59,977 nt of DNA. Origin: a virus (Duplodnaviria > Caudoviricetes). This document shows, piece by piece, positions 36,666 through 46,961 of this stretch. The stretch lies in the IMG/VR virus record IMGVR_UViG_3300025853_000004, positions 1 to 59,977 of that record; one strand, 5' to 3'. The translations under genes and the position numbers were made by a program. The notes beneath the pieces are model-generated. The model was given only the letters and a program-made list of their open reading frames with translations. It did no database searches and was not told the origin of the DNA. Positions within the stretch are counted from its first letter, which is position 1. Every line of letters begins with the position of its first letter.

Positions 36666-37724
36666 CTACAAGCTAAACTGTATATTGCCAGTTCCAGCGG
36701 TAAATGTGGTTATCTTATTCCCGCCTGAAGACGCGGTGCTAAACGTCAAACCGCCGCCCGGGTTAGAAACGCTAATTGTGTCTGAATACTTAATGACCAC
36801 AACACCCGATCCACCGGCTCCAGAAGTACCTCCACCGGCTCCTGCGCCACCGCCACCGCCACCGGTGTTAGTCGTTCCGCTAGTTGCCGTTCCAGTTGTG
36901 GATCCAGCGCCACCTCCGCTACTTGCAGTGCCCGGAGTATCTGCGGCGACACAACCCCCGCCGCCACCACCTGCCCTTGCTACTGAGTCAATAGAGCTTG
37001 TTAAACCGGCACCGCCATTACCACCGCCTGAACTTGTCCCCGCGCTTCCATTGCCACCAGCACCGCCGCCACCGCCACCAGCGCCGTTATTGGCAGATGT
37101 GTGTCCTGCGCCGCCGTCACCACCTTGGTTAGACGTACCAGAAGCACCGGAAGTATTAGTACCGCCTGCACCACCACCAGATCCACCAGTGTTACCTGTA
37201 CCGTTAGTACCACCGCCCCCGCCACCAGTAGATGTAATGGTGGAAAATACAGAATTAGTACCATTTTCTCCGACTGCGTCAGAACCGGATCTTGCGGCAC
37301 CGCCCCCGCCAACAGTAACGGTATATGAGGTGTCTAACGCTAAAGATAAAGTTGATTCCGCTGAAGAATTGTCACCAGAAGTACCAACCGATGTACGATA
37401 ACCCCCGGCACCACCACCGCCAGCGCCAGCGCCATATCTACCCCCGGAAGCGCCACCAGCAACAACTAAAAAATCTACCGAGATACTACGATTAGGCTCG
37501 TCACTAAAATTAACCCAAGAGCTTGAAAATTCGTCATACCATTCCGGCTCAGACGTTGATGTATTAAACCGCACATAACCATCAGCAGGAGACCCCGGAC
37601 GCTGTGCCGTAGTTCCTGATGGAAGAGCAAAGAATCCTGTAGAGGTGTTGGCTGAGTCAGACACCCCTGTGGCATCAACCGCGCCAGCTTCTAAAGCATC
37701 TGATCCAATCTTACTGATCGCCAT
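36666..37724 (-). CDS. Glycine-rich tail fibre / adhesin
   Basis: LPSGTTAQRP, FLVVAGG, GGSGVVVIKY; paralogue of 34835-35869. Confidence 0.8.
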   Translation of the reverse strand: MAISKIGSDALEAGAVDATGVSDSANTSTGFFALPSGTTAQRPGSPADGYVRFNTSTSEPEWYDEFSSSWVNFSDEPNRSISVDFLVVAGGASGGRYGAGAGGGGAGGYRTSVGTSGDNSSAESTLSLALDTSYTVTVGGGGAARSGSDAVGENGTNSVFSTITSTGGGGGGTNGTGNTGGSGGGAGGTNTSGASGTSNQGGDGGAGHTSANNGAGGGGGGAGGNGSAGTSSGGGNGGAGLTSSIDSVARAGGGGGGCVAADTPGTASSGGGAGSTTGTATSGTTNTGGGGGGAGAGGGTSGAGGSGVVVIKYSDTISVSNPGGGLTFSTASSGGNKITTFTAGTGNIQFSL

Positions 37725-38275
37725 TAGATCGTCTCCGGCCAGTCATTGATCGGTGCGTTTCCAGCATTGTTACCGTCAGCATCCACAGGAGCGTTGTAGA
37801 GAGCCATAAATGCCGCATGATCTGCCGCGCCTGTGATTGCAGTCTCGATGGTATTCGATGCTGTACGCACTGCCGCACGATAAGTTGTTACTTCAGCAGG
37901 GACAGTGTATCCCGATACCTCTGCCGCCTTGATGACCATCCAATCAGTCGGAGCAAGCAAGCCGCTAGCAGTCACTTTCGTCTGTGCGATGGCATTGCTC
38001 TTGAGTCCTTTGGTGACGATCTGTACACCGTCAGGATCTAGTGCAGGATTGCCGTCCTCGTCTACTTCATTGACATCATCTAATGCCTTTGGAACTCCTG
38101 CTGACCAGTAGAAGCGATTGTCGAACGGTACAGGCTGTAAGTCCTGATTCCACACCAGACCTCTAGCGGCTTTTTCGTCTGCTGACCAAGATGACCAGTT
38201 CGTTGGATGCTTTACGCCAGAATCGTCAGCCCAACTTCTGCCGACTCTGATTGTGCGTCCATTATATGTCCACAT
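37724..38275 (-). CDS. Tail fibre assembly-like protein
   Basis: HP.NW..WS..EK, LL..TDWMV.K..E...TYRAAVR, WP terminus. Confidence 0.7.
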   Translation of the reverse strand: MWTYNGRTIRVGRSWADDSGVKHPTNWSSWSADEKAARGLVWNQDLQPVPFDNRFYWSAGVPKALDDVNEVDEDGNPALDPDGVQIVTKGLKSNAIAQTKVTASGLLAPTDWMVIKAAEVSGYTVPAEVTTYRAAVRTASNTIETAITGAADHAAFMALYNAPVDADGNNAGNAPINDWPETI

Positions 38276-38290
38276 TGTTTCTATCTCCTA

Positions 38291-40801
38291 TCAGCGAGCG
38301 TTGCTGTACTTAAACGGGTTTTCGGCAAATGCCATGTAGATGAAGCTGTTTGTTCCATTATCAAAGTTAGAGTTGTTTCTAATTTTAATGCCGTTTGATA
38401 ATGCATCAACGTACCAAGATGCATCTGCACCGCTGTCTTCTCCTGCGGTTGTATCCCACGCTATTGGCTGTCCTTGTGATCCCATGACGTTGTAGTCCAA
38501 CCTAGTTGTATCATAGCAATACCAAGAGCCTGTCGTGTTTTTACACTTCACCATGAACAATGCGGGCCTGAAGCCCAAGTAGATAAATGGCCCGTCCGTA
38601 GAATTATTTCCCGAAAATGAGCCAAACTTTGAGAAGCCTTCGACACTGTGGAAGCAATAAACTACAAATGTCCTGCCGTTGGTGTTTAGTGTTGAACTAC
38701 CTATGCTAAAAACAGTGCTTGTTGGTGCAGTGTTTTGAAAGAAAGTTGTGTTTGAATTTTCGGCGTCCGTATTATTGTGTCGCAAGTTTTTACCCGCACC
38801 TAACGCACTATGATAGACAAGGTGATCTGTTCCATCTGCATCTCTACGTCTAAAAACAAGCATCTCAGGTGCTTGTGACAGACCGTGAGCAATAGTTCCG
38901 TCAGAGCCAGTTCCAGTGTAGGTCACGATACTACAACCACTTGTTGTGTTTGCACTGAGCCTTGTTGCAGGAATTGACCCCGCCAAAGCTGATCCGTAAT
39001 TTGACCCGTTTACTTTTACACTACCTGCTGTTGGGGTAGCTCCTGCACCTGCACTGTTGTCTACCGTAGGCGCACCACCTAAATTCCAAAGCCATCCTAC
39101 ATAAGTACCACCAGATTGGTTAATTCCTTCTAGCGTATGGCTTGGATCACTACCTTTCTGAACAGTAAACCCATCAGTTGTGTACGCATTAATGTCGCCA
39201 AAGTTAGTCCAAGCTGACCCTGCCTGAGTTTTACCTTCAGCCCGTGTGCCATCAGGCGATGGGCCATTAGAAACTAAAGCATTGAACGAACCGACACCAC
39301 GAACAGCGTCCAATAGCATATGATCACTACCATTGCTCGATCCGTTTCTGCGCTTAACCCAAGAGAAGTCGGGTGTGAAGTTAATGTCCCCTGTTACACC
39401 AGAGCCTCCTGCTTGAATAGTGCGTGTTGCGTTGTCGTCTCCAGACCACGTTAGCGTCCCAAAGTAATCCACAGGACTACTACCCTGTGCAGGGTCTATC
39501 TCAGGGTCGGGTAGGTTGGCTGTCGAAAGTGCAAGGTGATTTGATGGCGGTGTGTAGGTGAAATCTTGTTGGCCGAAATTGACTCTTCCTGCACCATTTG
39601 ATGCCCCAGATGAGTTTCCAATCAAAAATGAAACATCACTATCCACAGTTATATTTGCCGATCCAACAGATGTACCATTTTTGTAAAACTCAATAGTATT
39701 GGTTGCAGACTCCATATCTAGTGCTATACCAATCACATCATTTGTCGTATAGGTTCCTGATACTGTACTAGATGAAGTTGACCAACCACCGTTGCTAGTC
39801 AAGTTTCCTTGTGAAGTATAAACAATGGTTTTAGGGTTTGCTTCTTGGCTTGAGTTCCACCCTTTTGAGTACGGTGCGCCAATACCAACAACAAAATAAC
39901 CTGCGATAGTTGTTGGAACCATCTCGCAGTACCACTTACCAGAATTAACTGCAAAAGTAGAAACTCTAGCTCCATTTACAGGGGCGATGGTTGCTTCGAG
40001 ATTACCATTAGATGTGGTAGATGATCCGCCAGTTAGAGGATTCAACGTAGCAAAGTTATTCGTCGGACTATCACTCACATAATCATCTGATGTGATGTTA
40101 TTCGCAGTCCAGTTGTTACCCTCCCCAGAGCTATCGTTGACGTTACCGTCAAACTCTAGGTGAAACCCATTCGTACCGTAGGTAACCGATGGAGTCTTAG
40201 CCACCCACACATTTTCCTTGAATTCCCCGAACGCATCAGCATCGTAGGCTGTACCGTCTGTGAAGTGGACTTCGGCTAGATAGCCGTCTAAGTGATAAGT
40301 TCCTATTGAATTAGAAAAGACACCCATCGTGTGCAGTGCGGCACTGTTTATTGCATAATTAGTATCGAATGACCAAGTGCGAGTTTTAGTCAGTGTTATT
40401 TCTTCGCCATTAATCCAGATACGACTCCTGTTCGCACCTGTTCCATCAAGAGTATTAAAACGCCAAACAAGATGATACCAAGCTGATGGATCACGAAAGA
40501 CCGCAACAGATTGATCATATGCCCCAGTTCCGCCTAAGTCAGTGATTAAATTGCCACCACTGCTTTTGTATAAAGCAACACGGCCAGTGCTTGAGCCACC
40601 GCTAAAAATAGTCGAGTTGGCTGATATGTTTCCAATCTTAACCCAACCACTCCAAGTCCAAGTCTTTTGGTCACCCGCCGCAAAAGTCCGACTCAGATAC
40701 GCAGAGTCATTATCGTTAAACCGTAGCGATTGTTCTATCGTCGTAGGATAGAAGTCCGTCGCTTGTCCTGCCGATCCTGCTATGAGGTTGTTGATAAACA
40801 T
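38291..40801 (-). CDS. Receptor-binding protein with LamG/ConA-like and SPRY-like domains
   Basis: SLRFN, RDPSAWYH, YGTNGFHL.F, DSPTNNFAT, SGKWYCE, NFGQ, FIYLGFRP, YMAFAENPF. Confidence 0.8.
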   Translation of the reverse strand: MFINNLIAGSAGQATDFYPTTIEQSLRFNDNDSAYLSRTFAAGDQKTWTWSGWVKIGNISANSTIFSGGSSTGRVALYKSSGGNLITDLGGTGAYDQSVAVFRDPSAWYHLVWRFNTLDGTGANRSRIWINGEEITLTKTRTWSFDTNYAINSAALHTMGVFSNSIGTYHLDGYLAEVHFTDGTAYDADAFGEFKENVWVAKTPSVTYGTNGFHLEFDGNVNDSSGEGNNWTANNITSDDYVSDSPTNNFATLNPLTGGSSTTSNGNLEATIAPVNGARVSTFAVNSGKWYCEMVPTTIAGYFVVGIGAPYSKGWNSSQEANPKTIVYTSQGNLTSNGGWSTSSSTVSGTYTTNDVIGIALDMESATNTIEFYKNGTSVGSANITVDSDVSFLIGNSSGASNGAGRVNFGQQDFTYTPPSNHLALSTANLPDPEIDPAQGSSPVDYFGTLTWSGDDNATRTIQAGGSGVTGDINFTPDFSWVKRRNGSSNGSDHMLLDAVRGVGSFNALVSNGPSPDGTRAEGKTQAGSAWTNFGDINAYTTDGFTVQKGSDPSHTLEGINQSGGTYVGWLWNLGGAPTVDNSAGAGATPTAGSVKVNGSNYGSALAGSIPATRLSANTTSGCSIVTYTGTGSDGTIAHGLSQAPEMLVFRRRDADGTDHLVYHSALGAGKNLRHNNTDAENSNTTFFQNTAPTSTVFSIGSSTLNTNGRTFVVYCFHSVEGFSKFGSFSGNNSTDGPFIYLGFRPALFMVKCKNTTGSWYCYDTTRLDYNVMGSQGQPIAWDTTAGEDSGADASWYVDALSNGIKIRNNSNFDNGTNSFIYMAFAENPFKYSNAR

Positions 40802-41205
40802 TATGAATACGCCAAAGTTACGACAGCGTGAATGGATGTTGATGTGCGAACGATGTAATCAATGCGATCTACCGCAGAGGCGGTTGTAGTTAGCGTAGGA
40901 GCAGTACCACCTGCAAAATCCCAGTAAGTGCCAAAAGACAGTGTGCGTGAACCAGTACCGTCCTGTACAACAAAGATCGAACCAGTCTGTCCAACTACCA
41001 TGTTTGATGGATTTTCAAGGGTCCTGCCACCTCCGAGGGTTACAGTGAAGTTTTGGTTCGCCCCAAAATCAGGGGTGATCGAAGCGCCATCAGTCAGTGT
41101 CGCAACCTCGACCGCGTACCGTCCTTCGAGTTGATCGGATGAAGTTGTTTCGCCAAGCGCCGTGACATCCGAACCTGTGTATATGGATTTGACTAACTTA
41201 GCCAT
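40801..41205 (-). CDS. Tail-associated protein
   Basis: LTDGASITPDF...QDGTGSRTL...GGTAPTLTT.A.AVD. Confidence 0.7.
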   Translation of the reverse strand: MAKLVKSIYTGSDVTALGETTSSDQLEGRYAVEVATLTDGASITPDFGANQNFTVTLGGGRTLENPSNMVVGQTGSIFVVQDGTGSRTLSFGTYWDFAGGTAPTLTTTASAVDRIDYIVRTSTSIHAVVTLAYS

Positions 41206-41213
41206 TTTTCACC

Positions 41214-41630
41214 TCAAGCCGTTAAAGAAATATTGTCTTCTGCACCGCTTGCGTCAAAGAAGGGGACCTGCTGTAACGCATTTAACGGTATTGTATCAAG
41301 AGTTGAATCCGCCTTGTAGAACGGAACAACCATCGTGTTCGAGTAGTTTGCCAGATTCGCTACTGAAAAAAGTTCATAAGCGACTATTTCAACAACGTCA
41401 TCGGCACTCGCGCCTGTGGTCAAAACCACCGAAGTACCCGTTCCCGCCGTATAGTCCGTGCCCGCAACCAAAGACACTCCGTTTAAGTACACATCCGTGT
41501 ACTTTGAATCTGCGTACTTGAGCGTCTGACCATTATCATCAGATCCAGAAAACGATGTTTGACTTGCTGTCGCCGTAAAGTAGAAGCGATTTCGGATTCC
41601 GAACCCCGGTGCTTTGCCGATATAGCTCAT
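41214..41630 (-). CDS. Tail-associated protein
   Basis: MSYIG..P, TATASQT.F, DVYLNGV.L...DYTA. Confidence 0.7.
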   Translation of the reverse strand: MSYIGKAPGFGIRNRFYFTATASQTSFSGSDDNGQTLKYADSKYTDVYLNGVSLVAGTDYTAGTGTSVVLTTGASADDVVEIVAYELFSVANLANYSNTMVVPFYKADSTLDTIPLNALQQVPFFDASGAEDNISLTA

Positions 41631-41977
41631 GGCTTTGGATACTCCGCTTTAACAGCCGCGATGGTTTCTTTCCATGCGTCAATGCCTTCATGGTAAATCT
41701 GATCCAGTTGCTCTGCGATGGATGGGTAGGCTTTCTTGCGATCCAGTTTGTATGGTGCATTGGCTTCATCGTATGCCGCTTGGAGTTCTGCTACCTTGGC
41801 ATCAAATTCTTCTTTGGTTGGCTTGGTCACACCGTCCTGAATAACAATGGCGTGTTCCCAACACATACGCTGATCGTTTGGAATTGTGTTCCCGTCTGCG
41901 TCAACCTTTGCCCATCCATACCAGTTAGGAGTGTCAGGACGCAGGGCTTTCAGAGCTTGTTGTACAAAGTCCGTCAT
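41627..41977 (-). CDS. Tail fibre chaperone-like protein
   Basis: Y..DR..AYPSI.EQLD.IYH.G...WK..I.AVK..YPKP. Confidence 0.75.
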   Translation of the reverse strand: MTDFVQQALKALRPDTPNWYGWAKVDADGNTIPNDQRMCWEHAIVIQDGVTKPTKEEFDAKVAELQAAYDEANAPYKLDRKKAYPSIAEQLDQIYHEGIDAWKETIAAVKAEYPKP

Positions 41978-42921
41978 ACTTCCGCTACCTTAAATGTGCT
42001 AAATCCTGTTGCCGACCTGTCAGTCGCCCCAATGAACTCAGTTCCACTTCCTGCCGCTGTATCCATTACAAATCTAATTTTTTGATTAGCCGTATCCGTT
42101 ATTTTGAACATAAACACACCGGAAGAATTTGATCTGTAATTTGTAGTTGGAACGGTACTCCGAGATTCTACTGCATCGGAATAAGTTGAGTTGTTACTTG
42201 TATATTGTAAAACCATACAAATATACTGCGTATTCGCATTGGTTCTGTTGCCTTCAGCAAAAAAGTTAATCCACCAATAACCCGTAGACGGGAAAGTAAA
42301 TACTCCAGAACTTTGCGACAATCCAGTTCCCAAAACAACAAAGCCGTCAGTATCAACTTGTTCCCAGTTAGTGGATATCACAGCCCCATTAGCCGCTGAT
42401 GTTGTTGTGGATATTCTCCAAGAATCAGCTTCAGTAATCCCAAGCGATCCAGTGATCTGGCTGGACGGGATAGATGACGCACTCGTCAACACCGTCCCCG
42501 TCTCATCCGGCAGAGTCAGTGTGCGGTTAGTTGCTGTGTCTGTACCTGTGACGGTATAAGTCCCGCCAGAAGAAACGTCTACTTTTAAGTCACCGCTGGT
42601 GCTTACATTTCCGCTAAAAGTACCGGACGTTGCTTCCAGCGCAGTGCCCGAAGGATGCGTGATCGTAGAAACAGGAGTGCCTGAGTTCACAACATAAATG
42701 TTATCTGTGCCTGTGACCGGTGCCGCTGTGAATGTTAGTGTGGTTCCAGACACCGTATAAGCATCTGTTGGCTCCTGCCTTACGTTTTCAACAAAGACCT
42801 GTACGCCGTTTGTTGTCGCAGGATTAGTAAGGGTAAATGCTGTGGTACTGCCGTTACCAGAAAAAGTGTCTTTGGTAATCGCAGTAAAACTGTCGGCAGG
42901 TGTGTTACCAAAATAAGCCAT
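41974..42921 (-). CDS. Tail fibre protein with C1q-like C-terminal head
   Basis: MAYFGN.P, FSGNGSTTAFTL, TLTLPD.TGT, SSGVFTFPSTGYW.I. Confidence 0.7.
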   Translation of the reverse strand: MAYFGNTPADSFTAITKDTFSGNGSTTAFTLTNPATTNGVQVFVENVRQEPTDAYTVSGTTLTFTAAPVTGTDNIYVVNSGTPVSTITHPSGTALEATSGTFSGNVSTSGDLKVDVSSGGTYTVTGTDTATNRTLTLPDETGTVLTSASSIPSSQITGSLGITEADSWRISTTTSAANGAVISTNWEQVDTDGFVVLGTGLSQSSGVFTFPSTGYWWINFFAEGNRTNANTQYICMVLQYTSNNSTYSDAVESRSTVPTTNYRSNSSGVFMFKITDTANQKIRFVMDTAAGSGTEFIGATDRSATGFSTFKVAEV

Positions 42922-43253
42922 TAGGTGATCTCCAGAATCGACATAATCGCATCAACAGATGACGCAGTGTCGGACTTAACCTTAATGCTGTCGTTTGTTG
43001 TTAAAACCACTTTCTGATCGCCGCCCACAATAACGAGCGATGACCCAGCAGGGACAGGCGCGTCTTTTACAATGTAAGTGTCGTTTGAGCCGTCGTTCAG
43101 TGTGGCATCCACAAGAACCTGAGAAGCTGTCCTGTTTGCGACAGTCAAACCAATGACTGTGACATCCGTAGAAGACCCCACCGTGTACGAGCCAACAGCC
43201 GTCAGTGAAGTGCCGATGCTCCGAGAAAGTTTGCGTGTAAAGGTATTTGCCAT
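42921..43253 (-). CDS. Conserved structural protein
   Basis: MANTF...VIGL.VAN...KVVL...D.IKV...SILEIT. Confidence 0.75.
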   Translation of the reverse strand: MANTFTRKLSRSIGTSLTAVGSYTVGSSTDVTVIGLTVANRTASQVLVDATLNDGSNDTYIVKDAPVPAGSSLVIVGGDQKVVLTTNDSIKVKSDTASSVDAIMSILEIT

Positions 43254-43258
43254 TTATC

Positions 43259-43837
43259 TCACCCTAGTGCAATTGCCAGTGCCACGGCTGTACCAGCAGG
43301 TTCGGCACCTAAGTTAGTTAATGCGGCGGAAGCTGTACTCGCTCCGGTCCCGCCATCCGCGATAGCGAGGTCTGTAATTCCTGTCACACTGCCGCCTGTC
43401 ACCTTGATCGAGGATGAGGCAAGGTTGGCTGTGAAATCTGAGACCGCGGCACCCGCTCCCGCGCCATCGCAATAAATAATCTTTGTGTCGCCATCGGCTA
43501 CTGTGACGTTGGCTCCAGACCCCTGACTAAATATCGCAGATTGACCTGAGTTATTGTAAACCATGTAGATCTTTTGCGCGTTATTTGGAGAGACGGTGAT
43601 CGTGTTTGTTCCAGATGGGGAACCACCTAAAACTAAAGTCTTAAACATACCGTCGCTTAACGTACCGTCGGTTGTTGATAACGTGTGAGTCGTCCCAGAT
43701 AGTGTAATATTGCCCACGCCGTTAAGAGCACGGTCCACAATCTGTAGGTTTGTGTTTGTTGTTGCACCCCAAGTTCCGGACTGTTCGCCCGTAGCGATTA
43801 GCTCAATTCCGGTGTTTGTGGTATATGTGCTCGCCAT
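43259..43837 (-). CDS. Tail fibre base / adaptor protein
   Basis: MASTY...ELIATGEQSGTWG.TTNTN; LAI.DGGTGAST; ends ALAIALG. Confidence 0.75.
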   Translation of the reverse strand: MASTYTTNTGIELIATGEQSGTWGATTNTNLQIVDRALNGVGNITLSGTTHTLSTTDGTLSDGMFKTLVLGGSPSGTNTITVSPNNAQKIYMVYNNSGQSAIFSQGSGANVTVADGDTKIIYCDGAGAGAAVSDFTANLASSSIKVTGGSVTGITDLAIADGGTGASTASAALTNLGAEPAGTAVALAIALG

Positions 43838-43846
43838 TTAGTTCTC

Positions 43847-46507
43847 CTATGCGGCGTCTTCCCAACCCGGTGTTTGAGAAGGTGTTACGCCTGTCCAACT
43901 CGGTGTTTGACTCGGTGTCTCTTCAGACCAACTCGGAAGTTGATCCGGCACAACCTCACCCCACACAAAGACATTGCCTACCTGCGCGGATAGACTTTCA
44001 CCCGTTAAGGATACATTAGCTGTTCCTGTAATGGAAACAGTACCTACACTACCCGTAACAGGAAGTCCAGTGGTCGGAACATTGGCGTCGCCGCTAATCT
44101 CGGGCGTTCCTACTTCGCCGGTTGCATCCACTCCTGTTGGGAATACATTGGCATCCGCCGTAACAATTACCGCTTGTACAAATCCACTGTTTGTAAATGT
44201 AGTAGAGCCGTTAGCCCCGTCAAAATGCAATAAAACAGGGGTATCTTCAATTTCTGTGTATGCCGAAGTTGGCGGGGTAAAGTCGTTCCCGTCATATCTG
44301 TCTACCGCAGATACACGAAGTTCGTCTATATACCCTTCCCAAGTATTAGAGCCATTAAAATCTGAACCAATATGTATATTCGCGGCAGTGGCCGTTGTTC
44401 CAAAAAGTGTATCCTCTACTTTAACGCCATCTACAAAAACAGAGTAAGTATTACCAAAAGGATCACCTCTAGTAACCGCAATATGAACCCAAGTATTTGC
44501 TGAAAACACGCCGTTTATATTAAACAGCGTTCCGTTTGCTCGAATAACTAACAGATTATCCGTTGCTTGGCGGAGAGCTAACGCATTGTTAGATGTGGAA
44601 TCCCTAGAGTCAAAGAAAACTGCATCTTGTGCCCCGCTGGTTGGTCTGACCCACATATCTATTGTAAAAGGGTCACTTCCAAAGTTGTATGTTTCCTGAG
44701 ACTCTAAATAATCTCCGGAGCCGTCTAAAAGTAAACTTGCCCCGCCAAACTTTGACTGAGCCGTAGATATTTGAGCATCCCCAAAACCAGAAAACGAAAT
44801 TGGCGCTGGGAGAATAACAGAAGCAGATACACCGGTAACCGAGGCAGTTATTCCAATACCTACCTCAACGGTGCCGACCTGACCAGTAGCCGATAGCCCT
44901 GTTTGTGGAACATTAACGTCAATAACGATAGTCGAATCGCCAACCTGACCAGTGGCTGACTCGCCTGTAACAGAAACATCTACGTCCGCAAACGCAGTGG
45001 CTGTTCCTACTTGACCAGTGGCTGACTCGCCCGTTGGAGATATAACCGCGGTGCCCGTTATTGAAACGGTGCCGACTTGACCAGTGGCCGCCAGACCTGT
45101 TTCGGGGACATTCGCGTCAGCGGTAACTGTGACGCTGTTAATGCCTGTTGTGGCAGAGACACCTGTAACGATGACGTTTGCATCAGCAATAACCGTTTCA
45201 TCGCCAACTGCTGTTGTAGCACTAATACCTGTCGGACTGACATTCGCAGTAGCGGTGATAGTGACACTGCCTACATTTGTAGTAGCGGCTAACCCTGTTT
45301 CAGTGACGTTTGCATCCGCGGTAATCGATACGCTACCAACTCCGCCTGTAGCAAATAACCCGGTCTCTGGAACATTCGCATCGGCAGTTATAGTGACTGA
45401 GCCGAGTTGACCTGTGCCTGCAACGCCGGTGACGGAAATATCAGCATCAGCAATCGTTGTGACAGAACCGACTTGCCCTGTACCCGATACACCAGTTTCA
45501 GTGACGTTTGCATCCGCGGTAATCGTAACTGAACCAGTTTGACCTGTACCAGCTAGGCCAGTCTCTGGGACGTTTGCGTCCGCTTCGATAGTGACAGAGC
45601 CGACTTGCCCTGTAGCAGAAACCCCAGAAACAGTGACAGATGTTCCGGTTAGTACATTAACCGTCGCACCGAAGTCGGGAAGTTCACCTGCGTAGTAACG
45701 GAGGGCTGATACGATTGTTCCTGACCATGCGGTTGTCGCTTGATATTGGGTAGTGCCGGAATCGTAAGTGGATGTTCCACCGGCAATAGAAGAAAACCCT
45801 TCGCCCCACCCGCCTACGTTTCCTCCAGACCAACCACCGGTTTCAAGCTCAGTAGTCTTTTGCGTATTGATAACTTCACGCCCATCAATCCACAATAAGA
45901 TCTGACTTTTAACAGTGCCCCCGTTAGGCTTAATGCTGAAAACAACTGTATGAGTGTTACCATCAAATTCTGGTATATTGGATATAGCTACATTTTGTAA
46001 GCAAATGTCCCCGGGTGTATTGTCTTGTACAGTGTCAACACCTTCGCCCGCTCTGAAGCGTAGGTAATAAGTATTAAGTATCTTGGAAACGCCAAGCCAA
46101 GAACCTACCCCCTCTCCACCATGTTCCCACAAACATTCTGTTTGACTGAATGAAGAAGGAAGTTGAACTTCCCCTGCAAACGTAATGCTTTGATATCTGC
46201 CAGTAAAATTTCCGTCTATCTGGCCGGAAGGCAGTGCACCGTCAAGCGTTAGGTCGTATTCAGGTGAGAAGTTCTGGGTAAGTTGATTTCCGCTTAGGCT
46301 AACATTCGTAACAGCGACAATCGTAACAGAGCCGACCCCACCTGTAGCAAACAGGCCAGTCTCTGGTACATTAGCCTCCGCGGCAACGGAGACTGTTCCG
46401 ACGCCTCCGGTTGCAGAGACGCCAGTAACTGGTACGTTGACCGAGACACTGGTAGGTTCCCCCCAAGTGCCGGACGACCAAGTATCGCGCCCCCAACCGG
46501 ATGCCAT
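43847..46507 (-). CDS. Repeat-rich fibre protein with two inserted lectin-like domains
   Basis: Many ~21-aa repeats (ADANV.ETG..ATG.VGSVTI); LamG-like insert (SKFGGASL...FTIDMWV...W.HIAV.R...GYIDELRVS). Confidence 0.8.
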   Translation of the reverse strand: MASGWGRDTWSSGTWGEPTSVSVNVPVTGVSATGGVGTVSVAAEANVPETGLFATGGVGSVTIVAVTNVSLSGNQLTQNFSPEYDLTLDGALPSGQIDGNFTGRYQSITFAGEVQLPSSFSQTECLWEHGGEGVGSWLGVSKILNTYYLRFRAGEGVDTVQDNTPGDICLQNVAISNIPEFDGNTHTVVFSIKPNGGTVKSQILLWIDGREVINTQKTTELETGGWSGGNVGGWGEGFSSIAGGTSTYDSGTTQYQATTAWSGTIVSALRYYAGELPDFGATVNVLTGTSVTVSGVSATGQVGSVTIEADANVPETGLAGTGQTGSVTITADANVTETGVSGTGQVGSVTTIADADISVTGVAGTGQLGSVTITADANVPETGLFATGGVGSVSITADANVTETGLAATTNVGSVTITATANVSPTGISATTAVGDETVIADANVIVTGVSATTGINSVTVTADANVPETGLAATGQVGTVSITGTAVISPTGESATGQVGTATAFADVDVSVTGESATGQVGDSTIVIDVNVPQTGLSATGQVGTVEVGIGITASVTGVSASVILPAPISFSGFGDAQISTAQSKFGGASLLLDGSGDYLESQETYNFGSDPFTIDMWVRPTSGAQDAVFFDSRDSTSNNALALRQATDNLLVIRANGTLFNINGVFSANTWVHIAVTRGDPFGNTYSVFVDGVKVEDTLFGTTATAANIHIGSDFNGSNTWEGYIDELRVSAVDRYDGNDFTPPTSAYTEIEDTPVLLHFDGANGSTTFTNSGFVQAVIVTADANVFPTGVDATGEVGTPEISGDANVPTTGLPVTGSVGTVSITGTANVSLTGESLSAQVGNVFVWGEVVPDQLPSWSEETPSQTPSWTGVTPSQTPGWEDAA

Positions 46508-46520
46508 CAGAGCACCCTAA

Positions 46521-46961
46521 TCAGGCAATACGAATAATAGCGTTAGAAGCGTCAGCAGTAGGAAACTGAATAGTAAAGTCACCAGACGTTGCTGTCTTAT
46601 CCGCTCCAAAATCCAATACAACAACTGAGTCCGTTGTGCTAGATCCACCGCCTGTCGTTGTGTTGTAAATCAACGCGCCACGAGCAGTCACGGTGACGTT
46701 TGAAAAAACTTCATCCGCAAAGTCTGTGAACGCAGTTGTTCCAGACGTTGTAGGGTTGACGTTAGAAAGCGCCTGTCCCCCAGCAGAATAGTTTGTTCCA
46801 GACGCCTCATTTGTTGTCGAGTAGTCAGTTGTTGACGCTCCTAATGTTGCAGACGAAGTAAACAACGCAATGTTAAACGTATGCCCACCAGACAGGAAGT
46901 TGTGCTTACCTTCGAGCAACTCTTGCTTGAAAGATGTGCACATTGCTTGAGAAATTGCCAT
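46521..46961 (-). CDS. Conserved structural protein
   Basis: MAISQAMCTSFK.ELL...TARGALIYN...VLDFG.DK...FTIQFP. Confidence 0.8.
   Translation of the reverse strand: MAISQAMCTSFKQELLEGKHNFLSGGHTFNIALFTSSATLGASTTDYSTTNEASGTNYSAGGQALSNVNPTTSGTTAFTDFADEVFSNVTVTARGALIYNTTTGGGSSTTDSVVVLDFGADKTATSGDFTIQFPTADASNAIIRIA

Noticed and set aside
36655-37401. 248-aa proline-rich plus-strand ORF
   Set aside because: Antisense shadow of the Gly-rich fibre gene (GGN codons read as Pro); no RBS.
34835-37724. Gly-rich proteins as RTX toxins for the HlyC-like enzyme
   Set aside because: They lack GGxGxDxLx nonapeptide repeats and fit polyglycine tail adhesins.
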